A stretch of DNA of 64,000 nt, from assembly GCA_040882355.1 (NCBI GenBank), contig JBBEBM010000035.1:1-64000 (forward strand), read 5' to 3'. The notes beneath the pieces were generated by a model, which worked only from the letters and a program-made list of their open reading frames with translations, was not told the DNA's origin and made no database searches. A program made the position numbers and the translations under genes. Below, in pieces: positions 19,428 through 29,991 of this stretch. This DNA comes from Dehalococcoidia bacterium (GTDB lineage Bacteria; Chloroflexota; Dehalococcoidia; DSTF01; RBG-16-68-14). Numbering within the stretch: the first letter of the stretch is position 1; each line of letters opens with the position of its first letter.

Positions 19428-20429
19428 ATGCCAGCCGTCACTGCCGATACGCTCACCCTACCGCGACTCGCCGACCTGCCCGAGAAGGAGACCCAGTGGC
19501 GTCCGGTCGCCAAGGTCGTCACTGCGCAACGCGCCATGGAGGGCGAAGGGTTCATCGTGCGGCGACCGTTCCCGAGCCTCGACTTTCGCGAGGCGGACCC
19601 CTTCGTGCTGCTCGATCACATCGGCGCGGTGGAGTACGCGCCGGGTGAGGCGAAGGGCACACCATGGCACCCCCACCGCGGCTTCGAGACCGTCACGTAC
19701 ATCATGGACGGCGCGTTCGAGCACCAGGACACGACAGGCGGCGGCGGCGTGATCAGCGATGGCGCCACCCAGTGGATGACGGCCGGCGCCGGCATCCAGC
19801 ACATCGAGCAGCCGCCGGAGCGGCTCGTCGCCAAGGGCGGGATGTTCCACGGCACCCAGCTCTGGGTGAACCTTCCCGCCGCGCAGAAGTTCGTCCCCGC
19901 CCGCTATCAGAGCATCGAGGCGACCGACGTGACGCTGGTCTCGAGCGCCGACGGCGCGTCGCTGGTCCGTATCATCGCCGGCGAGGTCGACGGTCACGGC
20001 GGCGCCGGCGTCACATACACGCCGATCACCTACCTGCACGCCACCGTGGCGCCGGGCTCGCGATTGGGCCTGCCATGGCCTCGCGCCTTCAATGCGCTGG
20101 TCTACGTCCTCGCAGGCAGGGGCTACGCCGGGCCGGAGCAGCGCCCCTTTGAAGAAGGTCAGCTTGCCGCGTTCGGCGCCGGCGACGCGCTCAGCATCGC
20201 AGCGGCCGAGAGCCAGCCGTCGACGGCATCAGGCGGCATGGAGGTGCTCGTGCTCGGTGGCCTGCCGATCCGGGAGCCGGTCGTGCAACACGGGCCCTTC
20301 GTCATGAACACGCGAGACGAGATCGCCCAGGCCGTCGCTGACTACCACGCCGGCCGGATGGGCGTCGTTCCGGCGTCATGGCTGCCGCGTGGCGCCAGGC
20401 CCCTCGATACTCCGAACGAGCGTCCGTAA
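19428..20429 (+). CDS. pirin family protein
   Basis: DPFVLLDH, HPHRGFETVTY, QWMTAGAGIQH and GPFVMNT motifs. Confidence 0.93.
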   Translation: MPAVTADTLTLPRLADLPEKETQWRPVAKVVTAQRAMEGEGFIVRRPFPSLDFREADPFVLLDHIGAVEYAPGEAKGTPWHPHRGFETVTYIMDGAFEHQDTTGGGGVISDGATQWMTAGAGIQHIEQPPERLVAKGGMFHGTQLWVNLPAAQKFVPARYQSIEATDVTLVSSADGASLVRIIAGEVDGHGGAGVTYTPITYLHATVAPGSRLGLPWPRAFNALVYVLAGRGYAGPEQRPFEEGQLAAFGAGDALSIAAAESQPSTASGGMEVLVLGGLPIREPVVQHGPFVMNTRDEIAQAVADYHAGRMGVVPASWLPRGARPLDTPNERP

Positions 20430-20517
20430 GCACGCTGGCCCCGCAGATTGAGAGTGAGGCCTCCCTGTCGTATGATGGGCATCGCACGCTCACGCATTCG
20501 ACAAGGAGGTAACACCT

Positions 20518-21198
20518 ATGGCTGGAGAGATGGTCTCGTTCCCCAGCAACGGCCAGGAATCCGAGGGCTACCTGGCGAAGCCCGCGTCCGGCAGCGGCCC
20601 GGGCGTCGTCGTCATTCAGGAGTGGTGGGGGCTGGTGCCGCACATCAAGGACATTGCCGACCGCTTGGCGGCGGAGGGCTTCGTCGCTCTGGCGCCGGAC
20701 CTCTACCACGGTCAGTCCGCGAGCGAGCCGGACGAGGCGGGCAAGCTGATGATGTCGCTGAAGATGGACCAGGCGGCGAAGGACATGGCCGGCGCGGTCG
20801 ACTACCTCGCCGGCCTCGACGCCGCGACCGGCGCCAAGGTGGGCAGCGTCGGCTTCTGTCTGGGCGGCGGACTCTCGCTCTACCTGGCCAGTCTGAAGCC
20901 CAAGGTCGGCGCGTGCGTCATCTATTACGGTGTGCTCCCAGGCGCCCAGCCGGACCTGGCGAAGGTGCAGGCGCCGGTATTGGGGCACTACGCCGAGAAC
21001 GATCAGTTCGCCAGCCCCGCCGCGGCGAATGCGCTGCAGGACCAGCTCAAAGCCGCTGGCAAGCAGGTCGAGTTCCACACCTATGCGGGCACCGAGCACG
21101 CCTTCTTCAACGATAGCCGCCCCGAGGTCTACAAGAGCGACGCGGCGAAGCTGTCGTGGGACCGCACGCTTGCCTTCTTCCGGCAGCACCTCGCCTAA
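20518..21198 (+). CDS. dienelactone hydrolase family protein
   Basis: QEWWG, GFCLGG and HAFFN motifs; RBS AGGAGG. Confidence 0.93.
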   Translation: MAGEMVSFPSNGQESEGYLAKPASGSGPGVVVIQEWWGLVPHIKDIADRLAAEGFVALAPDLYHGQSASEPDEAGKLMMSLKMDQAAKDMAGAVDYLAGLDAATGAKVGSVGFCLGGGLSLYLASLKPKVGACVIYYGVLPGAQPDLAKVQAPVLGHYAENDQFASPAAANALQDQLKAAGKQVEFHTYAGTEHAFFNDSRPEVYKSDAAKLSWDRTLAFFRQHLA

Positions 21199-21201
21199 CG
21201 C

Positions 21202-22110
21202 ATGAGCGCACCGTCCCGCTCGACCTTCGTCACGCTGAATGGCTTGCGCTTCCGGTACCTGGAGTACCCGGGCGAGCGGCCGGCCGAAGCGTATCGTCCG
21301 GAGCCTGTCGAGGGACCCCCGATCGTCCTGCTGCACGGCCTCGCGTCGAACGCTCTCTGGTGGGTGCTGGTGGGCCCGCTGCTCGCGAAACAGTTTCGAG
21401 TAGTCGCGCTCGATCAGCGCGGCCACGGCGAGAGCGCCGCGCCGGACACCGGCTACGACTTCGCGACGGTGGTCGGCGACCTCGCTGGGTTCGTCGACGA
21501 GCTGAGCCTTGAGCGCCCGGTCGTCGTCGGCCATTCGTGGGGCGGGAACGTCGCGCTCGAGTACGCGGCGACGCACCCCGATGCCGTCGCGGGCCTGGTG
21601 CTGGTGGATGGTGGCTTCATGGAGCCGCAGGCGCGCGCCGGCGCGACCTGGGAGCGCGCCGAACGCGAGCTCGCCCCGCCCGACCTCACGCACCTCACGC
21701 CGGAGCAGCTCGTCGCCGGCGCGAAGCAGTGGGAGCTGGGCTCGATCTGGAGCAACGAGATCGAGACCGCGCTGCTCGGCAACTTCGAGGTCGTCGAGGG
21801 CGGCACGATCCGGCCGCACCTGAGCCGCGCGAACCACATGCAGGTCGTACGCGCCTTGTGGGACCAGCGGCCCTCGCAACTCTACGAGCACGTGCGCTGC
21901 CCGGTCCTCTTCGCGCTCGCGGAGCGCTCGGGCGGCGGGCGAACCCGCGACTGGATGGAGATGAAACGCGAGGCGATCGCGCGCGCGGAACGCTCGCTTT
22001 TCGACTGTCGCGTCCTCTGGATGCCGGACACGATCCACGACATACCGCTCCACCGCCCCAACGAGCTCGCCCAGGCGATCGAGGAGTTCGCGGCAGGTCT
22101 CACGGCGTAG
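21202..22110 (+). CDS. alpha/beta hydrolase
   Basis: LLHGL, DQRGHG and GHSWGG motifs. Confidence 0.9.
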   Translation: MSAPSRSTFVTLNGLRFRYLEYPGERPAEAYRPEPVEGPPIVLLHGLASNALWWVLVGPLLAKQFRVVALDQRGHGESAAPDTGYDFATVVGDLAGFVDELSLERPVVVGHSWGGNVALEYAATHPDAVAGLVLVDGGFMEPQARAGATWERAERELAPPDLTHLTPEQLVAGAKQWELGSIWSNEIETALLGNFEVVEGGTIRPHLSRANHMQVVRALWDQRPSQLYEHVRCPVLFALAERSGGGRTRDWMEMKREAIARAERSLFDCRVLWMPDTIHDIPLHRPNELAQAIEEFAAGLTA

Positions 22111-22220
22111 CCGGGGCTCTCCGGCCCGCGCGGACACACCGTGGGACACGCTTCAGCCTGTCGGTCGGAAGCAAGGTGCGTTCGATTGAACGCCCCTCGG
22201 GTTCTCTGTCCGCGAGACGG

Positions 22221-22889
22221 CTACTCCGCTGAGGCCTCTTGCTCGGGTGGCGGGATCGCCAGCTCCTCGCCGACCTGTAGCTCCGCCGGGTTCGTGATCG
22301 AGTTCGCCGCGACGATCGCCTCGACCGTCGTGTCGTGCTGCTCGGCGATGCTCCAGAGGCTATCGCCGCTCTGCACCACGTAGGTGTCGCCGGACCCGGT
22401 AGACGTGTCGTCGGATGACGTGTCGGCTGGAGTGTCGTTGGACGTGTCGGCGGGCGCCTGCTCCTGTACCTGCGCCGTCGGCTGGGCCGGCGGCTGCGTG
22501 CTGTCGAGGACCTCGCCGGTGGCGGTGTCCGCGCCCGGTTGCTGGGTCACGCCGCCGGCGTCGGAGCCGCCGCCCGAGTAGTTCGGCAGCAGCAGCAGCG
22601 CCAGGAAGAGCACGCCCAGACCGGCGAGAACGAGCGGCCCGCGGGCCGCCTCCTCGTTGAGCATGTGCTTCTCGAACTCCAGCGCCTGCTGTCGTCGGTT
22701 GAGAAAGACGACGCCGGCGGCGAGCAAGAACAGGATGCCGATCGCCAGGAACCACAGGCTGGAGCCCGACCACAGCATGCGGGCCAGGGCCAGCGAGAGG
22801 AGCGGCAGCGCGACCAGCAGCGCCATACCCAGCCAGGGGCGCTCCGCTGGCGGACGCTGCGGGGGGATCCACGGTGACTGTGACGCCAT
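22221..22889 (-). CDS. membrane protein with C-terminal LysM domain
   Basis: Three hydrophobic segments, a low-complexity linker, then YVVQSGDSLWSIA...LQVGEELAIP. Confidence 0.88.
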   Translation of the reverse strand: MASQSPWIPPQRPPAERPWLGMALLVALPLLSLALARMLWSGSSLWFLAIGILFLLAAGVVFLNRRQQALEFEKHMLNEEAARGPLVLAGLGVLFLALLLLPNYSGGGSDAGGVTQQPGADTATGEVLDSTQPPAQPTAQVQEQAPADTSNDTPADTSSDDTSTGSGDTYVVQSGDSLWSIAEQHDTTVEAIVAANSITNPAELQVGEELAIPPPEQEASAE

Positions 22890-23149
22890 GGCAGGCCTCC
22901 CTTCCTAACCCGTTATCTCATAACGCGTTATCGGTGTAAGCATACAACAGATGTCAAGTTAGGTACAAGATATAGATATTATCGATTCCTATCGCAATTG
23001 ATGGTGTTGATGACCTGAGCTGGAATCTGGGCTGCACAGGGGCCATGTCCGCCGACCCTCCATCGGCGGTAGTGCTGGCCGCTCCGTTGCCGCCTCCGAA
23101 GCCTCGTTGGTATACTGGCGCTGGCTGGTGCGCGCACCGGTCATATCGT

Positions 23150-23224
23150 GGCAGCGTAGCTCAGGGGCAGAGCAGTCGGCTCATAATCGACGGGTCGGAG
23201 GTTCGAATCCTCCCGCTGCTACCA
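23150..23224 (+). tRNA. tRNA-Met(CAT), probably elongator (Ile2 not excluded)
   Basis: GGCAGCG acceptor stem, TAGCTCAG D arm, anticodon loop CT-CAT-AA, GTTCGAATC T loop, encoded CCA. Confidence 0.93.
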
Positions 23225-23282
23225 ATCGAGGCGAATTGCGCCGAACGCCCCGCCTCCACCGGGGCTTTCTTGTGCGCATTGC

Positions 23283-23311
23283 TTGCCAGCGGGAGGCGTT
23301 GCGCCTATACT
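23283..23311 (+). promoter_or_regulatory. sigma70 promoter of purA
   Basis: TTGCCA, 17-nt spacer, TATACT. Confidence 0.65.
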
Positions 23312-23390
23312 CCCCGCTGGATTGAAGGACGGTCGCCCGGTTCGGCCAGTCTAGGAAGGAGCCAGCGCCCCGACCTCCGGGGCGCGCAGT

Positions 23391-24674
23391 ATGTCAGCGT
23401 TCGTCGTCATCGGCGGCCAGTGGGGCGATGAGGGTAAGGGCCGCATCGTCGACCTCCTCGCGCAGGACGCGGCCATCGTCGCCCGTTACTCGGCCGGGAA
23501 CAACGCCGGCCACACCGTCATCAACGACCGGGGGAAATTCGCCCTCCACCTGGTGCCTGCGGGTATCTTCTACCCGGACAAGACCTGCCTGATCGGCAGC
23601 GGCGTCGTCGTCGACCCCGAAGTGCTGCTCGACGAGGTGCAGACGCTCGAGTCGCGCGGCGTGAGCACGAAGCACCTCTTCGTCAGCGACCGCGCCCAGG
23701 CGCTCATGCCCTACCACCGTCTGCTCGACCGCCTCGAAGAGGAGGCGCGCGGCGACGCCGCGCTCGGCACCACCGGGATGGGCGTGGGGCCCGCCTTCGT
23801 CGACAAGGTCGCGCGCGACGGCATCCGTCTGGCGGACCTGATAGAGCCGGACGCCTTCCGCGCGCGATTGCAGGTCGTGCTGCCTGGCAAGAACACGCTG
23901 ATCGAAAAGCTGTACGGCGCGCCGCCGTTCGACTTCGACGAGCTGTACGAGACGTACGTCGACTACGGCTGCAAGATCAAACCTTACATCCGCGACACCT
24001 CCGCTATCGTCCACGACGCGCTAGAGCGCGGTGAGCGAGTACTGCTCGAAGGCGCGCAGGGCAGCCTGCTCGACCTGGATGCGGGCACGTACCCCTACGT
24101 CACGTCTTCGTCGCCGTCGCCGCTCGCCGCCGGCGCCGCCGTCGGCATCGGCATCGGCCCAACGCAGATCGAGGCCGTGGTCGGCGTCTACAAGGCGTAC
24201 ATGACCCGCGTCGGCGCCGGCCCCATGCCCACGGAGCTGCTCGACGAGACGGGCGACATCATCCGCCGCGAGGGCCCGGCGCCGGAGTTCGGCGCGACCA
24301 CGGGCCGCCCTCGTCGCTGCGGCTGGTTCGACGCCGTCGCCTCGCGCTACAGCGTGCGCGTCAACGGCGTCACGAGCGCCGTCCTCACCCGCCTCGACGT
24401 GCTCGACAACTTCCCGTCGATCCAACTCTGCACCGCGTATGAGCTGGACGGCGAGCGTCTCGAGTCGCTGCCGGCGACGACCGCCGTGCTGGACCGCGTC
24501 ACGCCCGTGTACGAAGAGCAGCCTGGCTGGCGCAAGCCGACCTCGAACGCGCGTCGATTCGCCGACCTGCCCAAGGAAGCGCAGGCCTACGTGGAGCGCA
24601 TCGAAGAGCTGCTCGGCTGCCCGATCGGCATCGTCTCCGTCGGCCCCGAGCGCGGTCAGGCGATCATCCGCTAG
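23391..24674 (+). CDS. purA: adenylosuccinate synthetase
   Basis: QWGDEGKG, NAGHT, EGAQG and TTGRPRRCGW motifs. Confidence 0.97.
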   Translation: MSAFVVIGGQWGDEGKGRIVDLLAQDAAIVARYSAGNNAGHTVINDRGKFALHLVPAGIFYPDKTCLIGSGVVVDPEVLLDEVQTLESRGVSTKHLFVSDRAQALMPYHRLLDRLEEEARGDAALGTTGMGVGPAFVDKVARDGIRLADLIEPDAFRARLQVVLPGKNTLIEKLYGAPPFDFDELYETYVDYGCKIKPYIRDTSAIVHDALERGERVLLEGAQGSLLDLDAGTYPYVTSSSPSPLAAGAAVGIGIGPTQIEAVVGVYKAYMTRVGAGPMPTELLDETGDIIRREGPAPEFGATTGRPRRCGWFDAVASRYSVRVNGVTSAVLTRLDVLDNFPSIQLCTAYELDGERLESLPATTAVLDRVTPVYEEQPGWRKPTSNARRFADLPKEAQAYVERIEELLGCPIGIVSVGPERGQAIIR

Positions 24675-24817
24675 CGGCACGGCCCCGACGAGCCGGGTCT
24701 ACCGCAACGATCCCCTCGATCGGGCGCTTGCGCACGCGACCTGAACGCAGTGTTGAAGGCCCTCGTAGGCGAGGCTTTTCAGCCTCGCCGTCAGCCTACG
24801 GCCGCAGGCGCTTGTCG

Positions 24818-24854
24818 AAAAAGAAGAACCCGGAGGCGGTGGCCTCCGGGTTCT
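24818..24854 (-). terminator. intrinsic terminator after groL
   Basis: GAACCCGGAGGC-4-GCCTCCGGGTTC hairpin followed by TTCTTTTT on the minus strand. Confidence 0.75.
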
Positions 24855-24877
24855 CGGCGGTCGGTACTGAGGGACGC

Positions 24878-26864
<1,987 letters not shown>

Positions 26865-26897
26865 GTGCTGGAACCCTCCTTAGTTCTGTCGAGTATA

Positions 26898-26924
26898 TTA
26901 GCACTCTCAGGACGAGAGTGCTAA
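26898..26924. promoter_or_regulatory. CIRCE (HrcA operator)
   Basis: Perfect TTAGCACTC-N9-GAGTGCTAA upstream of groS. Confidence 0.95.
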
Positions 26925-27166
26925 TTCAGCCACCATCTTAGCGCCGCCGCGCGCCTCGCGCAAGCGGTCCGTCGCAGCTACGATCCCGAATCTTCAAGGG
27001 CAGCGTGCGAACCTGCACGGCGCGCCTGGCCGGGGCTTGGAGCGTCTTCCCTGCAGCGCCCAAATTGCCGAGGATTACCATAAGGAAGTACAATACAATC
27101 TCTCGCTCGCGGGCGCCACGCGCGCCCGCTGCCTCTCTCTGAGAGGCCGGAAGGGAGGATGAAGCG

Positions 27167-27994
27167 ATGCCAAGATCGATCTGGAACGGCGTGATTAGCT
27201 TCGGGATGGTGAGCATCCCGGTGAAGCTCTTCACCGCCACGCAGAGCAAAGACATCTCCTTCCATCAACTCCACACCGAGTGCAACAGCCGCATCAAGCA
27301 GCAGCTCTACTGCCCCGTCTGCGACCGCGTGGTGACGCGCGACGAGCTCGTGCGCGGCTACGAGTTCACGAAGGAGCAGCACGTCATCGTCTCCGACGAG
27401 GACCTCGAGAAGCTGCCCCTGCCCAGCTCCCACACGATCGAGCTCGCGGCGTTCGTCGAGGGCGAGGTGATCGACCCCGTCTTCTACGAGCGCAGCTACT
27501 ACCTCGCGCCGGACGAGGTGGGCACGAAGCCCTTCGCGCTGCTGATGCGGGCGCTGAAAGAGAAGCAGCTCACCGGCCTCGCCAAGGTGTCGTTGCGCAA
27601 CAAGGAGCAGCTCTGCGCGCTCCGGCCTTACGACGGCACGCTCATGCTCGAGACGCTCTACTACCCGGACGAGATCCGCGTCGAGAAGGGCGAGTCGCCC
27701 GACATCGAGGTGAGCGACCGCGAGCTCGACATGGCGTTCTCGCTCATCGATCTGCTCACCGAGCCGTTCGACCCGGAGAAGTACCACGACGAGTACCGCA
27801 CCGCCCTCACGGAGATCATCGAAGCCAAGCTCCAGGGCCAGGAGATCGTGGAACAGGTCCCGCTGCCGGAGACGAAGGTCGTCGACCTGATGGCGGCGCT
27901 CAAGGCGAGCGTCGACGCGGCGAAGAAGCGCAAGGACGAGGAGCCCGAGAAGATCCTCGCCGCGCGCACTCCCCGCCGGCGCAAGGCCGGCTAA
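27167..27994 (+). CDS. ku: non-homologous end joining protein Ku
   Basis: MPRSIWNGVISFGMVSIPVKL, YYLAP, EKYHDEY and VVDLMAALKAS motifs. Confidence 0.95.
   Translation: MPRSIWNGVISFGMVSIPVKLFTATQSKDISFHQLHTECNSRIKQQLYCPVCDRVVTRDELVRGYEFTKEQHVIVSDEDLEKLPLPSSHTIELAAFVEGEVIDPVFYERSYYLAPDEVGTKPFALLMRALKEKQLTGLAKVSLRNKEQLCALRPYDGTLMLETLYYPDEIRVEKGESPDIEVSDRELDMAFSLIDLLTEPFDPEKYHDEYRTALTEIIEAKLQGQEIVEQVPLPETKVVDLMAALKASVDAAKKRKDEEPEKILAARTPRRRKAG
27899..27993 (+). repeat. 95-bp exact direct repeat, copy 1 (3' end of ku)
   Basis: Identical to 28422-28516 by direct comparison. Confidence 0.92.
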
Positions 27995-28045
27995 CCGACG
28001 AAGAATTCGCCGACAACCTGCGCTCCGGCACCAGCGTTGAGTCTG

Positions 28046-28421
28046 CTACAGCTCGGGTGCCGGCTCCAGGAAGCCGCAGATGACCGCTTCCCCGGGATCT
28101 GTGCTCGGGCCCTCGTGGATGTCGACGACAAAGCAGGCTTCGTAGAAGTCGGCTAGCTCTAGCTCCTGGAATGTGGTCCGCGCGGGGATCGCGGTACCGT
28201 CCTCCCGAACCTGAATATCCGAAAGCGTTACCTCAATCGGGCCACCGCAGTTCCCCACGTGAACGTGGCTGGCGTGGCTTCCTGGCTCCAGCGGTCCGCA
28301 GAGGAGCCGGACGGTCACAACGATCGGCGCCGCGTCCGCTGTCGCAGTGCCGCTCCCTTCCGCGTCTCGGGCCTTATCTACCTCGGCCAACGCGCGGGGG
28401 CAGGAAGGATAGAGTGCCGCC
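28046..28421 (-). pseudogene. 5'-truncated fragment of a His/Cys-motif (CHRD/Cu-Zn SOD-like) domain gene
   Basis: LEPGSHASHVHVGNC...VDIHEGP...ICG. The frame has no start of its own and runs into the ku repeat. Confidence 0.5.
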
Positions 28422-28516
28422 CTCAAGGCGAGCGTCGACGCGGCGAAGAAGCGCAAGGACGAGGAGCCCGAGAAGATCCTCGCCGCGCGCACTCCCCGCC
28501 GGCGCAAGGCCGGCTA
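28422..28516 (+). repeat. 95-bp exact direct repeat, copy 2 (orphan ku 3' end)
   Basis: Identical to 27899-27993; followed by TAG instead of TAA. Confidence 0.92.
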
Positions 28517-28524
28517 GCGCGCCC

Positions 28525-29397
28525 TCAGGCTCTCGCAGCGGACAGCGCCTCCGCCTGCTCGGCCAGTTCGGGTACCCCCAAATACGCCGCGAAGCGCTCG
28601 AACTCCAGTTTCGGTCCGACCCACCTCAGCGTCTCCGCCGATGCGTCCACCGGCACAGCCGTGCGCAGCGTCGCGAGGTCCTTGAACAGGAGCGCGCGTT
28701 CTCGCTCCGCCGTCAGCGTCGCACCAAGTGCCGGAGCGCTTCGCACCGCGACACCCCATTCCGCGGGGTCGCCCGGGATCGCTTCGATGTGTCGATACTT
28801 CGCCAGCACCGCCGCCGCCGACTTTGCTCCCCAGCCCTGCAGCCCTGGAAACCCGTCGGCGCTGTCGCCGACGAGCGCCAGGTAGTCGGGGATCGACGCC
28901 GGACTGACGCCGAACTTCGCGACGACGCCGTCCTCGTCGATCAGCTTCCTCTGCCGGCGATCGAACTGCACGACGTGGCCGTCGACCACGCACTGCGCCA
29001 GATCCTTGTCCGGCGTGCAGATCAGCACCCGCTCCGCGTACGCCGCCGCCTGCGCTGCCCCCGACGCGAGCGCGTCGTCGGCTTCGAACTCGCGCATCGG
29101 CCAGACGACAACGCCCATCGCGGCGAGGCCTTCCTCTAAGATCGGGAACTGCGCGAGCAGCTCCGGCTCGACGCCCGCGCCGGTCTTGTAGCCGGGCCAC
29201 ATCTCGTTGCGGAACGACTCGATCACCTGGTCCGTCGCCACGGCGATGTGCGTCGTCCCCTCCTGCAACATCATCATCACGGAGCGCAGCACCCCGCACA
29301 CCGCGCCCACCTCGACGCCGTCCGCTGCCTCCGCGGATGGCACGGCGAAGTAGTGCCGGAATAGCTCGTAGGTGCCGTCGACCAGGTGGACTCGCAC
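28525..29397 (-). CDS. stand-alone 5'-3' exonuclease / flap endonuclease (PIN + H3TH)
   Basis: VHLVDGTYELFR, EADD, DKDL, LVGDSADG and GWGAKSA motifs; GTG 29397 lies 6 nt after TATCCT. Confidence 0.9.
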   Translation of the reverse strand: MRVHLVDGTYELFRHYFAVPSAEAADGVEVGAVCGVLRSVMMMLQEGTTHIAVATDQVIESFRNEMWPGYKTGAGVEPELLAQFPILEEGLAAMGVVVWPMREFEADDALASGAAQAAAYAERVLICTPDKDLAQCVVDGHVVQFDRRQRKLIDEDGVVAKFGVSPASIPDYLALVGDSADGFPGLQGWGAKSAAAVLAKYRHIEAIPGDPAEWGVAVRSAPALGATLTAERERALLFKDLATLRTAVPVDASAETLRWVGPKLEFERFAAYLGVPELAEQAEALSAARA

Positions 29398-29470
29398 GAG
29401 GGTAGGATACATGGTGATGACGGGACTCGCTCCGACCCAAGCGGCAAACGGCGGGTGCGCGTCTGACGCA

Positions 29471-29860
29471 CTATCCTTGTGCCAGCTGGCGAATGAGTCT
29501 ACGTATCGTCGCCATCCACTCTTCGAGTCGAACTCCATCCGTCGCCAAACACTTGTCCTTGCCACCCCGGAGTCTGAGACGCAGACACCTGGTTCCCGTC
29601 ATAGCTGCTGTCACCGAGTCGAACAGCGTCCCGCGGTCCAAAGACTCAATGTCAGACAGTTTCAGCTCGCCACGAACCGGCTTCAAAGGCTTGATTGTGA
29701 CTGGCTCGTACCACATGATTCGACGGTTGGTCAGAATGAGCGGGCCCGCGCTCCCGCCTATCATCGCTTGGGCAACCACAACCCTGCCCTGCAGAAGGAC
29801 CTCTTCACCTTCTTCCAGATCGGGTCTATCTGCGCGATTCAACAGGACGCCGTTCAACAT
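29471..29860 (-). CDS. small hypothetical protein, PH/GRAM-like
   Basis: G.L.LTNRRI motif and a C-terminal W-containing helix. Confidence 0.55.
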   Translation of the reverse strand: MLNGVLLNRADRPDLEEGEEVLLQGRVVVAQAMIGGSAGPLILTNRRIMWYEPVTIKPLKPVRGELKLSDIESLDRGTLFDSVTAAMTGTRCLRLRLRGGKDKCLATDGVRLEEWMATIRRLIRQLAQG

Positions 29861-29991
29861 CTGTCGTTTATGCCTCGCACGGCCCTCCGGCTTCGTCCTC
29901 TCTTTAGTATCGGCCCCACCGGTCCACTCACCCCTCGCCCGCGATCGCCATGGCATCGGTCCGGCCTCCGCGTGTCTAGTACAGTGAAGCC

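Noticed and set aside
20302..22149. 615-aa minus-strand ORF
   Set aside because: Shadow of the dienelactone hydrolase and alpha/beta hydrolase genes.
22905..23030. oriC unwinding element or dif site
   Set aside because: No DnaA-box cluster and no convincing XerC/D consensus.
28046..28507. 153-aa ORF as an intact gene
   Set aside because: Its N-terminal ~30 aa are simply the antisense reading of the duplicated ku end.
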